This document shows, piece after piece, positions 60,581 to 64,000 of a DNA stretch of 64,000 nucleotides; within the stretch, counting starts at the first letter, position 1; each line of letters begins with the position of its first letter. The translations under genes were made by a program, and so were the position numbers. This stretch comes from Azolla caroliniana (lineage: Eukaryota > Plantae > Polypodiophyta): the NCBI GenBank assembly GCA_043228905.1, contig JBHGNT010000008.1, positions 5,022,001 to 5,086,000 on the forward strand. Direction: 5' to 3'. Under the pieces are notes generated by a model, which was not told where the DNA came from, ran no database searches, and worked only from the letters and a program-made list of their open reading frames with translations.

Positions 60581-63500
60581 TGTCAGGAATAGTACTAAAA
60601 CAGAGATGGAATTAGTACTAAGAAGAGTAGTACTATTAGTACTAAGAGGACGGGACTGCGTAAGATTCCCGAGAGAGAGAAAGTGAGAAGAGGAGAGAGA
60701 GAGGGAAATAAGATGATGACAGCAGCTCTTATATTATATGAAAGATAAGTACAAATCGACTAAGAGGCTTAAGACTGGTGTTGAACCAATTTGGTTCAAC
60801 ATAATGCCTAGTGCCCTCTTTTATAGTGTTTTCAGGAGTAATCCTGAAGCTTCTAGAATGTTCCAGAGAAATCTGGAATATACACTAATTTCCTATAATA
60901 AAATGTAAATGAAAATAATATCCTACGTATTACAATACATGATCTAATGGTAAGAGCTCGACCCATGTAGCATAAAGTCATGGGTTCGAGTCTTGCCATG
61001 ACACTATCTCCCCCTTAAAGACGACGAGTGGAACGAGTCGGCGCTAATTGCGGACCGGGTTTGTCCGGATACTTTCGGTGGAAATCAGCAAGAAGATCTT
61101 GTGCATTGGCAACATTCTCGACGGGTTCCCAAGTACGTTCGCTCGGACTATAACCGAGCCAATCGACCAAGTAATAAAGTTTGTTGCGAACAAGTTTGGA
61201 ATCGAGGATGGCAGCAACTTCATACTCCAGGCCGGCGTCCAACTCCAGGGGGGGTGGCGGTGGTGTCACACGATCGGGAATGGTGTTTGCTTTATAAGGT
61301 TCAAGAAGAGAACAATGGAAAACCGGATGTATCTGAAGCTGCGGAGGGAGATCCAGGCGGAAGGTGACATCATTAATCTTCCCCGTAATACGGAAAGGAC
61401 CGAGTCGTCGATAATCCAACTTGTCACACGGTCGAGTAGTCTTGATGTGACGACGTAAGAGCCATACTCGATCTCCGATGGCAAAAGAGGAGGGAATCCG
61501 ATGACGATCCGCATAAGTCTTCTGTGTGTGTTGAGCATGACGAAGGTGAGTAGAGAGATCCATCTGGATCTTGCGTAGCCTCTCCAAATGGTCCTCGGCA
61601 CGAGGGTTGGTAGGTAGCTCCGGAGTGTCGATCACCGACCAGCGAGGATGGAAACCGGTATAAGCGAGAAATGGGGAGACCCGAGTCGAGGAGTGAATAG
61701 CATTATTATACGCAAACTCCGCAAAGTGGAGAATCTCGGCCCAATCGTCTTGTTGATAACTCAGGAAACACCGGAGATATTGCTCCAACGTTTGGTTTGT
61801 TCGTTCCGCCTGTCCGTCAGTTTGAGGATGGTAGCCGGAGGAGAGGTTGCAGGAGACCTTGAGCATCCTGAAGAGATGCTGCCAAAATTTGGAGACAAAT
61901 TGCGGGCCTCGGTCACTGATAATACTGTCTGGTAGGCCATGATGCCGAAATACCTCACGCATAACAAGAGCGGCGGTTTCCTCGCTAGTGATGGCTTTAG
62001 TACATGGCACAAAATGTGCCATCTTCGTATATCGATCGACGACGGTTAGGATAGCATCGAACCCCTTCGAGACCGGCAGATCTGTAATAAAATCAAGACA
62101 AATAGACTGCCATGGCTTACTTGGAATTGGTAAAGGTTCCAACAAGCCATATGGATGGTGTCGTGGCATCTTTGCTCGGCAGCAAGCATCACAGGTCCGA
62201 ACGTAGTCGTCGACAAAACGGCGCATGTGGGGCCACCAAAAAGATCGCTGCACTAACTCCAACGTCTTGGTACTACCAAAATGTCCCGCCGTATGGGTGT
62301 CGTGACAATGTTGGACGATTTGAAGGCGACAGGAGCAATCGGGGACATATACGCGCTTTTTAAAGAATAACAAACCATCATGATATTCGAATTGTCGGTA
62401 GTCAATACCTGGTTGTTGAGACTGAGAACAGGATGCCCGAGAAGTATCAATGTGCGCCAGGATGTCTTGAGCAAAACTATCCGTCTTCAAGGTTGCACGT
62501 ATGTCATCAGTAATCCGTGAATCCATCGGGGTGTGAAAAATCCGCGTCGTGTGCAATCGTGTTGGTCCCAAGATTACTTGCTTTTGATTATCAAATGTTG
62601 CGTCACCAGGCCGAGGTGCAAGATATGAACGACGTGATAGTGCATCTGCTTTTCCTTGCTGCTTCCCCGGTCGATATGTGATTTCGAAGTTGAAACGCGT
62701 GAGGAATTGCGCCCACCGAGCTTGCCGTCGATTTAGTACGCGAGCGTTCTGAAAATAAGCAAGATTTTTATGATCGCTAAAGACAATGACCTGATGTGGA
62801 GAGCCCTCTAAGAAATGCCGCCATTGTACAAATGAATCCACGATGGCTAATAACTCCTTGTCATGTATTTCGTAGTTGATTTCTGCGACATTGAATTTAC
62901 GCGAATGGAAAGCCACCGGATGCAACTCTTCTTTATCGCCTTGTTGAGAAAGGATGCTACCGAGGGCGAAATCTGATGCGTCGGCCTCCATGATGAATGG
63001 TTTGCTTGTATCCACATGAGCTAGAATCGGTGCTGATGTAAAGGCTTTCTTAAGATGCCGAAAAGCCATATCTGCTTCGATGGACCAAAGAAATGCTTGG
63101 CCCTTCTTCGTAAGTTGTGTGAGAGGTAAAATAATCTTCGAGTAATCCTGTATAAACTTACGGTAGAAGTTAGCAAAGCCTAGAAAACATTGTACATCTC
63201 GTACCGACCGTGGAATTTGCCACTCTAGTACAGTTTGGATTTTAGCTGGATCCATGGCGATGCCCTTTGAGGAGATGACGTAGCCTAGAAATTCCACTTG
63301 CTTGCAGTCAAAGCTACATTTCTCTAGCTTGGCATAAAGACCATTCTCGCGGAGTCGCTTTAGTACTAATAGTACATGAGAATCGTGCTCTTCCTGGGTC
63401 TTCGAATAAATCAACAGATCATCCAGATAAATGATCAAACAGATATCCAAGAGGTCTCTGAATATATCATTTGCCATGTGTTGGAAGACTGCGGGTGCAT

Positions 63501-64000
63501 TGGTTAGGCCAAACGGCATAACAGTATACTCAAAATGCCCATACCGCGTGCGAAAAGCGGTCTTCCACTCATCTCCCGGTCGGATCCGCACGAGATTATA
63601 CGCTCCTCGTAGGTCGATTTTAGTAAAAAACTTGGCACCATTAACTCGCTCTAAAAGACTTGATATAAGAGGAAGTGCATACCTATTCCGGATGGTGACT
63701 TTATTCAATCCGCGGTAATCAACGACAAGACGAAGTGAGCCATCTTTCTTCTTGACAAAGAAGATGGGTGCACCGGCCGGAGATTTCGAATGACGGATGA
63801 ACCCGCTTGCCAAGTTCTCCTCTATGTAGGCTCGAAGGACTTCTAACTCGGTGGGTGACAAATTGTAAATTGGTCCCCATGGTGGCTCGGTTCCTGGTTG
63901 TAAATCGATGGGACAGTCATAGGGACGGTGATGAGGAAGGGTACCAGCTTTTACCTTGTCAAATACATCGGCATAAGGATGATATTTTGCCGGAAGTTGT
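60581..64000 (-). mobile_element. Tcn1-like chromovirus copy 2 (3' half; runs off the window)
   Basis: 3' LTR at 60581-61003 is homologous to the copy 1 LTR; PPT at 61004-61016; flanking ATCAG is the expected TSD. Confidence 0.95.
61015..64000 (-). CDS. pol: Intact pol (RT-RH-INT-chromodomain), partial
   Basis: 948-aa ORF, apparently open to the window edge; YLDD; GPF; chromodomain YEVAAILDSK..YYLVDWLGY..TWEP. Confidence 0.95.
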   Translation of the reverse strand, partial: QLPAKYHPYADVFDKVKAGTLPHHRPYDCPIDLQPGTEPPWGPIYNLSPTELEVLRAYIEENLASGFIRHSKSPAGAPIFFVKKKDGSLRLVVDYRGLNKVTIRNRYALPLISSLLERVNGAKFFTKIDLRGAYNLVRIRPGDEWKTAFRTRYGHFEYTVMPFGLTNAPAVFQHMANDIFRDLLDICLIIYLDDLLIYSKTQEEHDSHVLLVLKRLRENGLYAKLEKCSFDCKQVEFLGYVISSKGIAMDPAKIQTVLEWQIPRSVRDVQCFLGFANFYRKFIQDYSKIILPLTQLTKKGQAFLWSIEADMAFRHLKKAFTSAPILAHVDTSKPFIMEADASDFALGSILSQQGDKEELHPVAFHSRKFNVAEINYEIHDKELLAIVDSFVQWRHFLEGSPHQVIVFSDHKNLAYFQNARVLNRRQARWAQFLTRFNFEITYRPGKQQGKADALSRRSYLAPRPGDATFDNQKQVILGPTRLHTTRIFHTPMDSRITDDIRATLKTDSFAQDILAHIDTSRASCSQSQQPGIDYRQFEYHDGLLFFKKRVYVPDCSCRLQIVQHCHDTHTAGHFGSTKTLELVQRSFWWPHMRRFVDDYVRTCDACCRAKMPRHHPYGLLEPLPIPSKPWQSICLDFITDLPVSKGFDAILTVVDRYTKMAHFVPCTKAITSEETAALVMREVFRHHGLPDSIISDRGPQFVSKFWQHLFRMLKVSCNLSSGYHPQTDGQAERTNQTLEQYLRCFLSYQQDDWAEILHFAEFAYNNAIHSSTRVSPFLAYTGFHPRWSVIDTPELPTNPRAEDHLERLRKIQMDLSTHLRHAQHTQKTYADRHRIPSSFAIGDRVWLLRRHIKTTRPCDKLDYRRLGPFRITGKINDVTFRLDLPPQLQIHPVFHCSLLEPYKANTIPDRVTPPPPPLELDAGLEYEVAAILDSKLVRNKLYYLVDWLGYSPSERTWEPVENVANAQDLLADFHRKYPDKPGPQLAPTRSTRRL

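Overview
This is eukaryotic, land-plant-type repeat-rich DNA, probably from a non-seed plant (inferred from Tcn1-like chromoviruses and plant-type tRNA-iMet and tRNA-Trp primer sites). It is a nest of LTR retrotransposons, and no conventional host gene was recognised. Four elements are structurally complete: a Tcn1-like chromovirus (11579-17386), an Ale-like Copia (19289-25236), a Met-primed chromovirus (30189-37169) and a Trp-primed Ty3/Gypsy (40851-47879). A young Tork/Tnt1-like Copia with an open polyprotein is itself hit by a second Tcn1 copy. A solo LTR and many older fragments are also present. The main surprise is two decayed copies (30061-37839, split by a chromovirus, and about 51971-53187) of a spliceosomal-intron-containing, prokaryotic-type beta-class N6-adenine/N4-cytosine DNA methyltransferase gene. 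One copy abuts a palindromic TAGCTAATTAGCTA array, a convergent RING-finger gene and a CACTA-type terminus, which suggests a DNA transposon carrying an amino-methyltransferase; that link is an inference. Boundaries were read by eye and no database searches were run.
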